A DNA stretch of 64,000 bases, from positions 25,526-89,525 of the forward strand of contig CAVSVF010000005.1 in the NCBI GenBank assembly GCA_963731435.1, written 5' to 3'. The position numbers and the translations under genes were made by a program. This stretch comes from an uncultured Solirubrobacterales bacterium. GTDB lineage: Bacteria > Actinomycetota > Thermoleophilia > Solirubrobacterales > Solirubrobacteraceae. Positions 9,652-22,160 of this stretch are shown here, piece after piece (the stretch's first letter is position 1; each line of letters starts with the position of its first letter). The notes beneath the pieces were generated by a model. The model made no database searches and had not been told where the DNA came from. It was given only the letters and a program-made list of their open reading frames with translations.

Positions 9652-10371
9652 ATGACTCGCACCTCGGTCACGACCCTCGCAGCCATAGTGCTGCTCCTGC
9701 TGCTCCTAGCCGGTTGCGGATCACGGCAACAGCAGACCCACTCGACGACCAGCCCCACCAACGCGAGCAATTCCCTCCCGACGCCCCACCCGCAGGTGGT
9801 CGAGCCAACCGTAGGGACCCAGGCGCCGACCGTCGCCCCGGAATCGGCGATCGTCGGGAATGTCCATGACCATGCGCCTTCGCTGGCCGAGGTCAAGCGC
9901 GAGCTGAAGCTCCTGAACAGCTGCGGTGGGGTCACCAACAGCGCCGATGCCGCCCCGGTCGTCAAGGGCGCCGGTCCAGGCTTTGTCGCCGATCCCGGCA
10001 CCAGCCAGACCGAGGGCCAGCTGCCGATCCTCACCGCCCAGCTGAACGCGCTGGCCAAAGCCCTGGGGGTGACGATCTACGGCATCAGCGGGTACCGTTC
10101 CCCGGCGCGCAGCGTCGCCGTCGGTGGCTTCGCCGATGACCCGCACACCAAAGGTGAGGCCGAGGACATCGGCGTCAACAGCCTGCTTCGCTCAAGCGCG
10201 GCATCGATCACCGAAGCGGAACTGGCCCATTTCGGGCTCTACCGGCCGTTTGACCCCTCCGACGATCCGAGCAACACCGAGGTCAACCACATCCAGCTGA
10301 TCCCATCCGGCGGGCCGCTGTCGCTGGCGCAGTCGACCGCCACCCTCAACCCGGACCCGCGCTGTCGCTAG
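9652..10371 (+). CDS. Lipoprotein with peptidase M15 (D-Ala-D-Ala/LAS-type Zn peptidase) domain
   Basis: Lipobox LLAGC, Thr/Pro linker, SGYRS...HTKGEAED...EVNHIQL (H-x6-D...H Zn ligands). Confidence 0.7.
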   Translation: MTRTSVTTLAAIVLLLLLLAGCGSRQQQTHSTTSPTNASNSLPTPHPQVVEPTVGTQAPTVAPESAIVGNVHDHAPSLAEVKRELKLLNSCGGVTNSADAAPVVKGAGPGFVADPGTSQTEGQLPILTAQLNALAKALGVTIYGISGYRSPARSVAVGGFADDPHTKGEAEDIGVNSLLRSSAASITEAELAHFGLYRPFDPSDDPSNTEVNHIQLIPSGGPLSLAQSTATLNPDPRCR

Positions 10372-10383
10372 ACCCCGCGCGGC

Positions 10384-11379
10384 TCACTGGCCCAGCCCCG
10401 GAAGCACCTCCTCGGCGAAGCTCTGGTTGGACCGCGCCATGGCCTCGGGATCGGCGTCCAGCGACCCAGGCACCACGATCAGCCGCTTCAGCCCGTGCTC
10501 GCGGCCGAGCCGGGCCAGGCGCTCGCGAACCTCCTCGGCGGGCCCGCACACCGCAAAGCGGTCGATGAATTCATCGTCGATCTCCTGCGCGTAGCCGGCC
10601 GCGGCCTGGCCGTGACGGTCGGGCTGGTAATCCTGGTGGAGGCGATCGACCGCTTCCCGCGTGGTGGCGGGGAGCTCGGGGGCCGACCTGGTCTCCGCTG
10701 CGAACCGGGCGAGCGTCGCCACGCTGCCTCGGACGAGCTCGCGGGCCCGTACGTGGTCCGGGTCCACCGCGACGTTGACATACGCACCCAGGGTCAGTTG
10801 GGCCGGTCCGGCGCTCCGGGCCGTCTCCACACCCCAGTGCAGCCTTTCAGGCTCGGCTCCAACGGTCAGATCGACGCCGTCGGCGTGCCGTGCCGCGGCG
10901 GCGATCGTCCGCGGTCCGGTGGCCGCCACGTGCACGGGGACCTTCGGGACAGCCACCCCCGTCAGCCACCGAAGCGCGCTACTGATGCCGTTCAGCGGCA
11001 TCTCCTCGCCGCGGAGATACCCCTGCACCAGCTCCAGCGCCCGTTCGAACTCGTCCACCGAAAGCCGCCGCGCCCCAATCTGGCTGAGCGCGGAATCTCC
11101 CTGGGCGAACCCGAGCTCGGCCCGCCCGCCCGTCTCAACCTGAAGCGTCAGCGCCGCCGAGGCGGTCACCGCGGGGTGGCGAGTGACCGGGTTCGTGACG
11201 CCAGGACCGAGCCGCAGACGTGAGGTCGCCGCCCCCGCCAGCGCCAGCTCCACCCAGATGTCCGCGGTCAGGTTCTGGCTGTCGGCGAGCACCATCCCGG
11301 TGAAGCCCCACGCCTCGGCCTGGCGGGCCAGCGTCGAGACCCGGCCCGGCACCGCAAAGGCGTGCAGCCACAGCTCCAT
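10384..11379 (-). CDS. LLM class flavin/F420-dependent oxidoreductase (Mer-like)
   Basis: AEAWGF...ADSQN...LGPGVTNPVTRHP...VAATGPR. Confidence 0.9.
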   Translation of the reverse strand: MELWLHAFAVPGRVSTLARQAEAWGFTGMVLADSQNLTADIWVELALAGAATSRLRLGPGVTNPVTRHPAVTASAALTLQVETGGRAELGFAQGDSALSQIGARRLSVDEFERALELVQGYLRGEEMPLNGISSALRWLTGVAVPKVPVHVAATGPRTIAAAARHADGVDLTVGAEPERLHWGVETARSAGPAQLTLGAYVNVAVDPDHVRARELVRGSVATLARFAAETRSAPELPATTREAVDRLHQDYQPDRHGQAAAGYAQEIDDEFIDRFAVCGPAEEVRERLARLGREHGLKRLIVVPGSLDADPEAMARSNQSFAEEVLPGLGQ

Positions 11380-11388
11380 CGCCGTTGA

Positions 11389-12161
11389 TCATCCTGGGGC
11401 GCCACGGCCGGACGCGCCAGCGTCAAGACCCGGCCCGGGCACGTTCCGGAACCTGAATGGCTCCGGCTCACGGTGGGGCTGCACGAACCACGCCTCACCG
11501 GTGCCCTCGCCGGTGGCGATCCGGACGACCGTCTCGGCTACCACCTCAGCGGGGATCAAATCGACGCCGGAATCGGCCAGCGCTTCCCGGAGGTTGTCGA
11601 TGATCCTGGAATCGGCGAAGCCAGGGCACACCGCGTTGAAGGTGATGTTCTGCGGGGCCAGGGCGGGCCCAAGCGATCGGGCCAGTCCCACCACAGCATG
11701 CTTGTTGGCCCCGTAGATCGGGTCGAAGGGCACGGCGGTCAGACCGGCCAGGGAGGCGGTGGCCACGATCGCGCCGCCGCCACGAGCCTGCAGCGCCGGC
11801 AGCACCGCGTGCGTCCCGAACACGACGCCGTCGAGGTTGGCGCCATTGGCGCGCCGGTAGAGCTCCAGGTCGAAGTCCTTGCCCAATCCGCAACCGGTAG
11901 AGACCCCGGCATTGAGGTACGCGACGTCGACTCCTCCGCAGCGCTCGACCGCGAAAGCCACCATCGCCTCGTTGGCCTCCAGCGAGGAGACGTCGCATCT
12001 CGTGGAGTGGCCGCCCACGGTTTCCGCCACGCTCGCTGCTCCTTCGGCGTCGATGTCGGCAAGGACGATCTCAGCGCCTCGCTCCGCGAAGGCGTAGGCG
12101 GCAGCCCGGCCCAGTCCGCTCGCGCCCCCGGTGATCAGCACCACCTTGTCGTGCAGGTCCA

Positions 12162-12165
<4 letters not shown>
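11389..12165 (-). CDS. SDR family oxidoreductase
   Basis: TGGASGLG, LNAG, YGANK. Confidence 0.93.
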
Positions 12166-13172
<1,007 letters not shown>

Positions 13173-13209
13173 GTGTCTCCGGTCGATCGAGGGCTGGCCT
13201 GGGACGAGA

Positions 13210-14604
13210 CTAGTCCGTCAGCGCGCTGGCGGTGAAGAGCTTTGGGCGAAGTGCCGCCGCGGCCATCGCCGCGCCCAGCGAGAAGGCGGCACAGACCAGC
13301 CAGGCCAGGTGAAAGCGCATCACCGTGTCGCCGCTGCCGGAGTCGATTGCGGCGACTGCCGAGGCGACCCCCAGGGCCGCGCCGAGCTGCCGGGCGCACT
13401 GGTTGATGGCCGTCACCGCCGCGAGCTCGGTGGCGGGCATGTCGGCCACCGCTGCTGCACCCAACAGCAGGTAGCACAGGGCGATGCCAACGCCGATCAG
13501 CGCGGCCACCGGCACCCAGGTCACGGTGAACGATCTTCCGGACTGGATCATCACGTCGATCAGCAGGCCCGCGGCGATGATCGCCGCACCACCCGAGAGC
13601 GGCATTCCGAAGCCGACCCGCGCCGGCAGATCGCCAACTCTCAGGGAGAGCAGCACGACCATCGCCGCCATCGGGGTGATGCACAGCCCCGCCTCGACGG
13701 TCGACAACCCCCACGCGCTGGTGAGGAACAGGACGAAACTGAACAGCAGGCCGAAGAACCCGGCGGCGTAGAGGACGGTGGTCACGGTGAGCAGCGCCTG
13801 GCGTGGGTCGCGCAGCAGCTCGAGGTGGAGCACTGGATCCGGCACGCGTGTACAGCGGACGATCAGGACCGCCCCCAACGCCGCCCCCACCGCGAGGCAG
13901 GTCAGCGTGCGCGGGTCCACCAGTCCCCAGGTGGTCACCTGCGAGATGCCCAGGGCAAGCGCGGCCGCGGAGCCGGCCAGCGACACCGCCCCGACCGGGT
14001 CGGGCAGGGAGCGCCCGGGATGCCTGGTTGTCTCCGACAGCGTCCGGTAGGTCAGCATCACCGCCGCTGTCACCAGCGGCACATTGACCAGGAACGCCCA
14101 GCGCCAGGAGGCGAGCACGGCGATCGCGCCGCCGACCACCGGCCCCAGCGCGATTCCCACCGCGCCGGCCGCAGCCCACCGAGTCGCGAACACTGAGCGT
14201 CGCGTGGCCGGCGTCACGCTCAGCAGGAGTCCGAGCGAGGCAGGCTGCGCCGCAGCCGCGCCCACCCCCTGGAGAACGCGACCCAGCAGCAGCACCGGCA
14301 GGCTGGGAGCCAAGCCGCACACCGCCGACCCACTGGCGAAGACGATCAGCCCGACGACGAACGTGCGGCGGCGGCCGGCCCGGTCGGCGATACGCCCCGC
14401 CGGAACGAGGGTGGCCGCGAAGGTGATCGCGTATGCGGTGATCGTCCAGGAGATCCCCGCGGCGCTGACGCCGGTGAAAGTCCGGCCGATCGCCGGCTGA
14501 AGCGCGTTGACGATGGAGACGTCCATCGAGATCAGGAACGAGCCCAGCATGGTCAGCGCGACGGCGAGGCGCGTCACCGGAATCGCCGTCCGCGCGCTGG
14601 TCAT
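13210..14604 (-). CDS. MFS transporter (DHA2 family)
   Basis: MDVSIVN, GRIADRAGRRR, about 14 TM segments; ATG at 14604 overlaps the upstream stop. Confidence 0.9.
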   Translation of the reverse strand: MTSARTAIPVTRLAVALTMLGSFLISMDVSIVNALQPAIGRTFTGVSAAGISWTITAYAITFAATLVPAGRIADRAGRRRTFVVGLIVFASGSAVCGLAPSLPVLLLGRVLQGVGAAAAQPASLGLLLSVTPATRRSVFATRWAAAGAVGIALGPVVGGAIAVLASWRWAFLVNVPLVTAAVMLTYRTLSETTRHPGRSLPDPVGAVSLAGSAAALALGISQVTTWGLVDPRTLTCLAVGAALGAVLIVRCTRVPDPVLHLELLRDPRQALLTVTTVLYAAGFFGLLFSFVLFLTSAWGLSTVEAGLCITPMAAMVVLLSLRVGDLPARVGFGMPLSGGAAIIAAGLLIDVMIQSGRSFTVTWVPVAALIGVGIALCYLLLGAAAVADMPATELAAVTAINQCARQLGAALGVASAVAAIDSGSGDTVMRFHLAWLVCAAFSLGAAMAAAALRPKLFTASALTD

Positions 14605-15176
14605 TGCGCCAGGTGGGCGGCCGCAGCCTCTAGGTGGTCGTCGCCATAGAAGATGGCGCCGTTCACCTCCAGCGTGGGAACACCACGGACGCCGAGATCC
14701 CAGGCGCGGTCCGTGGCGCTTCTGAGCTCGTGCTTGACCGTGCCATCCCGGAGTGCCGTGGCCATCTCGACGGGGTCGAGCCCTGCCTGGGCGGCGCAAT
14801 CAGCCAGCATCGGTTCCGAGGTCAGGCTGTCGCCTTCCACGAATTGGCGCCGGAAGACGCCGGCGACGAACGACTCGGCTCGGCCGGCCCGCTTAGCCCA
14901 GATCGCCGCCCGCATCGCGGCGAGCCCGTTGGCGGGCCAGTCGGCCGGCCAGACCAGCGGGGGCAGGCCGTAGCGCGCGGCCCGGGACTCCACCTCGGCG
15001 ATGCCCTGGGCTCGGGCGGGACCTTGTGCCCACGAACCCCATCCGCGCCGCTGAAAGAGCGCCCCCACCAGGATCGGCTCCAGCTGCGGGGTGACGCCAA
15101 GCACCGCGGGCGCTCGTGCCACCGCCAGGTACGCGTAGGGCGAGCCGAGATCGAAGTACAGCGTGGGGGCGGCCAC
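14601..15176 (-). CDS. 2-hydroxychromene-2-carboxylate isomerase / GST-kappa (DsbA-fold) protein
   Basis: YFDLGSPYAYL...GVRGVPT...FYGDDHL; GTG at 15176 preceded by TATGAT. Confidence 0.88.
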   Translation of the reverse strand: MAAPTLYFDLGSPYAYLAVARAPAVLGVTPQLEPILVGALFQRRGWGSWAQGPARAQGIAEVESRAARYGLPPLVWPADWPANGLAAMRAAIWAKRAGRAESFVAGVFRRQFVEGDSLTSEPMLADCAAQAGLDPVEMATALRDGTVKHELRSATDRAWDLGVRGVPTLEVNGAIFYGDDHLEAAAAHLAQ

Positions 15177-15192
15177 CGCTTCATCATAACTT

Positions 15193-15206
15193 GCTGAACG
15201 TTCAGC
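15193..15206. promoter_or_regulatory. Probable TetR operator
   Basis: Perfect 14-bp palindrome GCTGAACGTTCAGC in the 43-bp gap between divergent genes, flanked by -10-like hexamers on both strands. Confidence 0.75.
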
Positions 15207-15219
15207 TAACATCTGACCT

Positions 15220-15888
15220 GTGTCGCCAGTGGCAGTCGAGAGGATCCGTGACGCCGAGCGCAGCCGGAAGGCGATTCTGGATGCGGCAGAGACGCTGTTC
15301 GCCGAGCATGGGTACGACGGCGCCAGCCTGCACGACATCGCCGTGGCTGCCGGGCTGTCGCGGGGCACACCCAGCTACTTCTTCGGCGCTAAGGGAGTGC
15401 TCTATCTCGCGGTGCTGGACCGGGCATTCGCGGTCCGCGAAGCGGCCACCCGGGCTGCGTTCGTACCCGTCCACGAATGGTGCGCGGGCCAGGAGGGACA
15501 CGCCGCTCTGCGCAGGGCCCTCGCCAGCGCGGCCGACGACTACATGAACTTTCTCGCCGGACAGCCGAGCTTCGTGCGGTTGGTGATGCAGGAGGAACTG
15601 GCCGGTGCCAGCCGTCTCAAGGCTCGTCGGAGGACGACCACCGCCATCCAGGATGCTTTCGAGGCGCTGCGCCGCCAGGGGCCTCGCCGAGGGCTGCGCC
15701 GCTTCCAGGTGCAGGAGGCCATCCTGCTGTTCATCGCGCTGACCTTCGCCCCCATCTCGTATCGCAACACCCTGATGCGGGCCGTGGAGCGCGACCTGGA
15801 CGATCCGGCAGGCCGCCGGGAGCAGGTCAGGCTCGCGGTCGACCAGCTGATGCATCTGCTCGTGCGCTCCGGGTCTCGTGCTGCTTGA
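15220..15888 (+). CDS. TetR/AcrR family regulator
   Basis: RKAILDAAETLFAEHGYDGASLHDIAVAAGLSRGTPSYFFGAK helix-turn-helix. Confidence 0.93.
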   Translation: MSPVAVERIRDAERSRKAILDAAETLFAEHGYDGASLHDIAVAAGLSRGTPSYFFGAKGVLYLAVLDRAFAVREAATRAAFVPVHEWCAGQEGHAALRRALASAADDYMNFLAGQPSFVRLVMQEELAGASRLKARRRTTTAIQDAFEALRRQGPRRGLRRFQVQEAILLFIALTFAPISYRNTLMRAVERDLDDPAGRREQVRLAVDQLMHLLVRSGSRAA

Positions 15889-16942
15889 CGAGCTGGGTAC
15901 TCCGATCGTCCTCGCCCCGCTCGCCGGAGGTCCGTCGACTCCTGAGCTGGCGGCAGCGGTCTCGGGGGCCGGAGGCCTGGGCTTTCTCGCCGGCGGCTAC
16001 CTGCCCGTGGGCGAGTTGATGGAGGGGATCCGAGCACTCCGTGAGCTGACGCCAGGTCCTTTTGGGGTGGGCCTGTTCTGCCCGGGGGCCGGCCCGGCTG
16101 ACCCCTCGGCATACGCCGGGTATCTCCAGGAGCTGAGGACCTGGGCGGCGCGCGCCGGAGCCGAGCTGGGCGAACCGCGCTACGGCGACGACGACTGGGC
16201 GGCGAAGGTCGACGCGCTCTGTGCTGAGCCGGTGCGGGCGGTGTCGTTCACGTTCGGGTGCCCATCCACGGACACGGTCGACCGGCTGCACGCCGCCGGC
16301 AGCGAGGCCTGGGTCACCGTCACCGCTCCCGCCGAAGCCCGGCAGGCCGAGGCGGCCGGCGCCGATGTCCTGATCGTTCAGGGGGCGGAGGCCGGAGGTC
16401 ACCGCGGCGTGTTCGAAGACGGGCCGGATGTCTTCGCTTTCGGGCTGCTGCCGCTGCTGGCGCTGGTGGGCGAGGCCACGTCTCTACCGCTGGTCGCCGC
16501 CGGAGGGTTGGCTACCGGCGAGGCCATCACCGCCGTGCTGGCGGCCGGCGCTCGTGCCGCGCAGCTCGGGACGGCGTTCCTGCTCACGCCGGAGGCTGGC
16601 ACGAGCCCGGCTCACCGAGAGGCGATTCGCAGCGAGAGGCCGACGGTGATGACGCGCGCGTTCACCGGTCGCGCGGCCCGGGGGATCGCCAATGCCTTCA
16701 TCGCCGAGCACGAAGCGCACGCCGCGTGGGCCTACCCGGAGCTTCACTACGTGACCGCGCCGATGCGACGGCGCGCCCGGGAAGAGGGCGATGCCGAACG
16801 GATCAACCTGTGGGCCGGTGAAGCCCATGCGCTGGCGCGGGAGCGGCCCGCGGCCGAGCTCGTCCACGATCTGACCGTCGAAGCACAACGCGCGCTGGCG
16901 GCCGCCGGTCAGCGGCTCGGGCGTTCAGACCCCTCCGGCTAG
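15878..16942 (+). CDS. Nitronate monooxygenase family protein
   Basis: APLAGGPST, QGAEAGGHRG, AAGG, LGTAFL, TRAFTGR.ARG, LWAG. Confidence 0.92.
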   Translation: MLLDELGTPIVLAPLAGGPSTPELAAAVSGAGGLGFLAGGYLPVGELMEGIRALRELTPGPFGVGLFCPGAGPADPSAYAGYLQELRTWAARAGAELGEPRYGDDDWAAKVDALCAEPVRAVSFTFGCPSTDTVDRLHAAGSEAWVTVTAPAEARQAEAAGADVLIVQGAEAGGHRGVFEDGPDVFAFGLLPLLALVGEATSLPLVAAGGLATGEAITAVLAAGARAAQLGTAFLLTPEAGTSPAHREAIRSERPTVMTRAFTGRAARGIANAFIAEHEAHAAWAYPELHYVTAPMRRRAREEGDAERINLWAGEAHALARERPAAELVHDLTVEAQRALAAAGQRLGRSDPSG

Positions 16943-17025
16943 GCGCGCACCCGCCCGACGCCGCGATGAATGGCGATTCACTTCGGAGGGCCCGAAGCAG
17001 GACGCCAAAGTTCGGCCGGTGGCGC

Positions 17026-18529
17026 TCAGCTGCGGGACTTCGCCTCGGCCTCGGTCTCCGCCTCGGCGGCCTCGGCCTCGGTCTCTACCGACTCCTCGGC
17101 CGCCGCGTCCTCGGCCGCCACCGACCTCCCGGTGCTCGTCTCCCCGCCGGCAGCCTCGACCAGCTCGGCCATCCCCCGCTCGATCCCGGCACACAGCACC
17201 TCGATATCCGACGCCGAGTCGTAGTCGCCCGTCACCCCGAACTTCAGCGCGCCGTCGTAGGAGAAGATCGCCACACCGACCCGCACCTGTCCGGCCAGCG
17301 GCACGTACGGGCACCGCCTCCAGCATCCGCCGGCCGGTCAGGAACAGCGGCTGCTGGGGACCGGGGACGTTGGTGGTGACGGTGTTGATGCTGCGCTGGG
17401 GCAAGCGGAGGGCCAGGCGCATGCCGAGGGCCAGCAGCAGCGACGGGGCGAAGCCGCTCATCGAGGTCAGCACCTCGCCGGCGACCGCCTCGTGCGAGCG
17501 CTTCAGTCCCTCCATCTGCGCGCTCACCGCCCGCAGCCGCTCGATCGGCGTCCTCGATCTCCACCGGCAGCTCCGCGAACATGGCGGAGACGCGGTTGTT
17601 GTAACTGCTCTTCTCGCCCGGGCGGCGCACCGAAACCGGGAACCAAGGTGCGCACCTTCAGCCGGGATGGGATCTTCGCCCCGCGTGCTCAGCAGCTCAC
17701 GGAAGCCGCCGCTGATCGCCGTCAGCACCACGTCGTTGACGGTCCCGCCGAGCCCGCTCGCGCACGACCTTGACATCGCTGAGCTGGGCATGGGCCCAGT
17801 GCCAGCGCCGGTGGGGACCGATAGGGCCGTTGAGCGAGCTGCGCGGCGTGGGGCGGAGCAGCCCGCGCATCGCCGCGGTGCCCTTCACCGTCGCCATCGC
17901 CAGGCCGGCGATCTGCTTCGGAGCCTGCAGCACGCTGCGCACCGCTCCCACCGCGTCCACCGGGGTCATCAGCCGCCGTGCCAGGGGCTGGGCCACCAGC
18001 TCGCTGGCCGAGGGCTCGGGCTTCGGGGTCCAGCGGGCGGACGCGGGTCGGCGCGGGCTCGCGCTCGTCGTCGAGCAGCACCGAGAGCAGGTCGGTGGCG
18101 GAGACGCCGTCGACCATGCAGTGATGGGTCTTGGAGACGAGCGCCCAGCGACCGTCCTCCAGGCCCTCGGCGATCCACATCTCCCACAGCGGCTTGCTGC
18201 GGTCAAGCTGCTGTGACATGACCCGGCCGACCAGCGTGCGCAGCTCGTCCTCGCCCCCCGGGCGAGGCGAGCGCCGTGCGGCGGACGTGGTAGCTCAGGT
18301 TGAAGTGGGAATCGTCGATCCACACCGGCGGCCCCACGTGCAGCGGCGGATAGCGGACCTTCTGCCGATACCGAGGCACGAGGGGCAACTTTGGCGCCGA
18401 TGGCCTCGAAGCAGCTCATCGCGGCGCGGGCGGGGGACCCTCAAAGATCCCCACCGAGCCGATGTGCATGTGGCTGACGTCGTCCTCGATCTCCAGAAAC
18501 GAACTGTCCTGTGCGCTCAGTGGCTCCAT
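17026..18529 (-). CDS. Wax ester synthase/diacylglycerol acyltransferase (WS/DGAT), several frameshifts
   Basis: MEPLSAQDSSFLEIED start, LDRSKPLWE, catalytic HHCMVDG, TVNDVVL, TNVPGP, found across several frames. Confidence 0.9.
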
Positions 18530-18551
18530 CTCGTCCTCCCTCTCCGCCTGC

Positions 18552-19997
18552 CTAAAGCTGAAGTGATTTCACGGTTTGGAACTCGGCCAGGCCGAAGCTC
18601 CCGAGCTCGCGCCCGTGACCCGACTGCTTGTAACCGCCGAACGGCGCCATCGGGTTGAACGCGCCGCCGTTGATCTCCACCTGCCCGGTCCGGATCCGCC
18701 GGGCCACCCGCTTGGCCCGCTCCTCATCCCCGGACCACACACCGCCGGCCAGGCCGTAGTCGGTGGCGTTGGCGATCCCCACCGCCTCGTCCTCATCCTC
18801 GTAGGGCATCAGCACCAGCACGGGTCCAAAGATCTCCTCGCGGGCGATGGTCATCTCCGGGGTGACCTCGGAGAACACCGTTGGCGCGACGAAGTAACCC
18901 TGCTCCAGGCCCTCGGGCGACTCAGCCCCTCCGGTCAGCAGCTTGGCGCCCTCCTCGGTGCCGGTGCGGATGTAGCCGCGGACCCGCTCGCGCTGGGTCT
19001 CGGAGACCAGCGGACCCAGCGTCGGTCTCCGGCGAGAAGGGATCGCCGGGGGCGAACTGCTCGGCGACGATCGCCGCCAGCTGCTCGGCCTCGGCGAGGC
19101 GAGCGCGAGGCACCAGCATCCGGGTCAGCGCGCTGCAGGTCTGCCCGGAGTTGAGGAAGCACTTGGCGACGCCATCGGCGATCGCCTCCTGCAGGTCGGC
19201 GTCATCGAGGATCACGTTCGGCGACTTGCCGCCCAGCTCAAGCGCCACCTTCTTGACCGTGCCGGCGGCGACCTCGCTCACCCGACGCCCGGCGCGGGTC
19301 GACCCGGTGAAGGAGATCATGTCCACGTCGGGATGAGAGACCAGTGCCTCACCGACGACTGGCCCGTAACCGGTGACCAGGTTGAACACTCCCGGCGGGA
19401 AGCCCGAGCTCGTCGAGGATGTCGGCGAGCAGGAAGGCATTCAGCGGAGCGACCTCGGAGGGCTTGACGACGATCGTGCAGCCCGCCGCCAGGGCCGGGG
19501 CCACCTTGGCCGAGATCTGGTGCAGCGGGTAGTTCCACGGGGTGATCGCGCCGACCACACCGACGGGTTCGCGCACGATCAGGGAGTTGCCGACCTCCTC
19601 CTCCCAGATGGTCTGGGCCATCACCTCGGGCATCGACCCGAAGTCCATCGTGGGCAGCCCGGCCTGGATCATGTGTGCGAGCTTGATCGGCATCCCCACC
19701 TCCTCGGCGATCAACGCGGCGATCTCCTCCATCCGCTCGCCGAGGGCCTGCGCGATCGCCCTGCAGCCAGCCGGCGCGCTCCTCCACCGAGGTCTGCGAC
19801 CAGCCGGCAAACGCCTCCGTGGCGGCGGCGACGGCGCGGTCGACGTCGGCCGGACCGCCTTCGGGGATGGTGCCGATGACCGCCTCGGTGGTGGAGTTGA
19901 CGACGTCGATGGTGCCGCTCCCCGAAGGCTCCACCCATTCGCCACCGAGGTAGAGCCGGCTGCGAGTCCGCTGTGAATGGTCGGTGGTGGTGGCCAT
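18552..19997 (-). CDS. Aldehyde dehydrogenase (frameshifted)
   Basis: [47 protein letters not shown]. Confidence 0.93.
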
Positions 19998-20016
19998 GGT
20001 GTGCTCCTCGGTTTCT

Positions 20017-22004
20017 CTACGGGGCGGCGGTGGTGGTGGCTACGGGCGAGGCGGCGGCGACAGCCTCGGCGTTGCGATGGGCCAGGGCCATGATCGTGAT
20101 CATCGGGTTGGTACCCGAGGAGGTGGGGAAGGCGCTTCCATCACCGATCCAGACCCCCTTGGTGTCGTGCAGCTGGCCCCAGGGGTCGGCGACGCTGGTG
20201 GCCGGGTCCTCGCCCCATCCGGCAGCTGCCCATCTGGTGCGCTGCGAACAGCGTCCAACCTCCCGCGCGGAGCGGGATCCGCTGGACACGAGCCACGAAG
20301 GCCTGGAGGTCGTCGCCCCAGCGCCAGGTCGGCGAGCCCGCGGCCGCGGCGACGATCTGCTGGGCGCCCGCCGCCTCGTGCAGCCGCGCCTGGGCGGCGA
20401 TCCCGCGATGGGTGTTGCGGATGTCGAGCTCGTCGATCAGCGCGTAGCTGGGCACCGACAATCCGTCGCGATCGATCGTCACCCGCCCGTGGCCGTGGTC
20501 GCGCAGCAGCGCTATGAACGTCGCGCCGTGGCGGAAGTTGCGCCATCGCGGCCTTGTGCGTGGGCCCGTCGGTGTAGGCCAGCGCGGAAGCAGCCAGCCC
20601 GGTGGTGTACTGGGCACCCTCGATCAGGAACCCGTAGCCGTCCTCGACGTTCTCGAACTCGTGCACCAGGCCGGCGTGGGGAGCTCCCCTCCACGCCTGG
20701 GTGTCCTCCGGGTAGTAGCCGAACAGCGCGGTGCACGGATGCAGGCGAAGGTAGTCGCCTACCGCCCTTCCTCCGATCCCGCTTCGCAGCAGCAGCGCCG
20801 GCGACTCGAGCGCGCCGCAGGCGACGATCACCTGGGGGGCCTGCACCGTAACGCTGGCGTTGTGGCCGCTGGCCGGGTCGGCGAACCGCGCCTGCACGCC
20901 GGTGGCGCGGTCGCCGTCGAGCAGCACCCGCTCGGCGAAGCAGTTGGCCACGATCACCGCGCCGCGATCCTGCGCGTCCTGCAGATAGGTCTTGGCCGTC
21001 GACTGCTTGGCCCCGCTCTGGTCGCCGAAGCCGATGTAGCCCGCGGTGTCGAACGAGTAGCGGATCTCGTCAATGTTGCGGCTCGGCATGGGTGAAGCTC
21101 CACCCGAGCGCTTCGGCCCCGGTCTTCATCCGGCGCTGCGAGCCGTTCAGCTCCGAGCAGCGGTCGTTGACCCCGAGGCGCTCCCATACCGCATCGAGAT
21201 GGCGATCGAACTCGGGACCGGCCAGTCCCTCCAGGCCGAACTCCCGCTCCCACTGCTCGCGCACCCACGGGGTGGTCCGCAGCGAGTTGGTCCAGTTGAT
21301 CACCGTGCCGCCGCCCACACACGCCCCGGCCTGGAGTGAGACGTTCAGGTCGGCCGTGGTCGTGGGGCCGCCGCGCCAGTACAGGTTCTGATAGGCCGGC
21401 AGCTCCAGCTGGGTGAAGTCGCAGTCGTCGAAGTAGCCGCCGGCCTCCAGCACGACCACCTTCAGCCCGCGGGCCGAGAGCTCGCCCGCCATCACACCTC
21501 CGCCGGCCCCGGACCCGACGATGCAGACGTCGGCCTCGAGGGTGGTGTCGCTCGTCCGGCGCGAGCGGGATGCAGCGGCCGCTCGGCGGCCGGCGGCGGA
21601 CTCACCGGACCCGGGATAGCCGAAGGTCGTCCAGTTCGGGTTCTGTCCGCGCTCGTCAGGCAGCCCGTAGTAGACGAACAGCGCCGTGTAGATCAGGGCG
21701 CTGACCCCGGCCGCGGCATCCGGGCCGATCAGGGTGATGTTGCGCATCAGCTGCTCTCGAGAGCGCCGCGAGGAGCGCAGGAACCCCTGCTCTCCAAGTG
21801 CGTCGAGCAGCTCGGTAGAGCCCGCTCCTGCTGCTCGGCCGGCAGGCGCGGCGAGGAGCTGCTCCATCGCCTAGTGGCACGCCGATGTCCGAACCCGTTG
21901 CGGGCGAAGAAGCCATCGGGGTCGGGCGTGCGCTCCAGCGAGGGCACGACCGTGTCGCACAGGGCCGCGAGCACCTCGCGGCGGGTGTCGGTGAGCTCGG
22001 TCAT
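20017..22004 (-). CDS. GMC oxidoreductase, long-chain fatty alcohol oxidase-like (frameshifted)
   Basis: N-terminal [51 protein letters not shown]. Confidence 0.88.
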
Positions 22005-22160
22005 GCTGGATCCCTCTCTCCTGGCGCGGGGTTACTGCGGCTGTCCCTAGCTGCTTATCCCTCCGAGGCCCCGACTGTCAAGCTAACAGCTGTGATGCAG
22101 AGCACTCGGCGGCGGGTAGGGTGAGCGCAGGAAGGACAACGACCACGGAGGAGAGCTTCA

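Noticed and set aside
16967-16997. Small hairpins TGAAT-N4-ATTCA and CTTCGG-N5-CCGAAG between convergent genes as a REP or ncRNA
   Set aside because: Short stems, single copy; at most a weak terminator.
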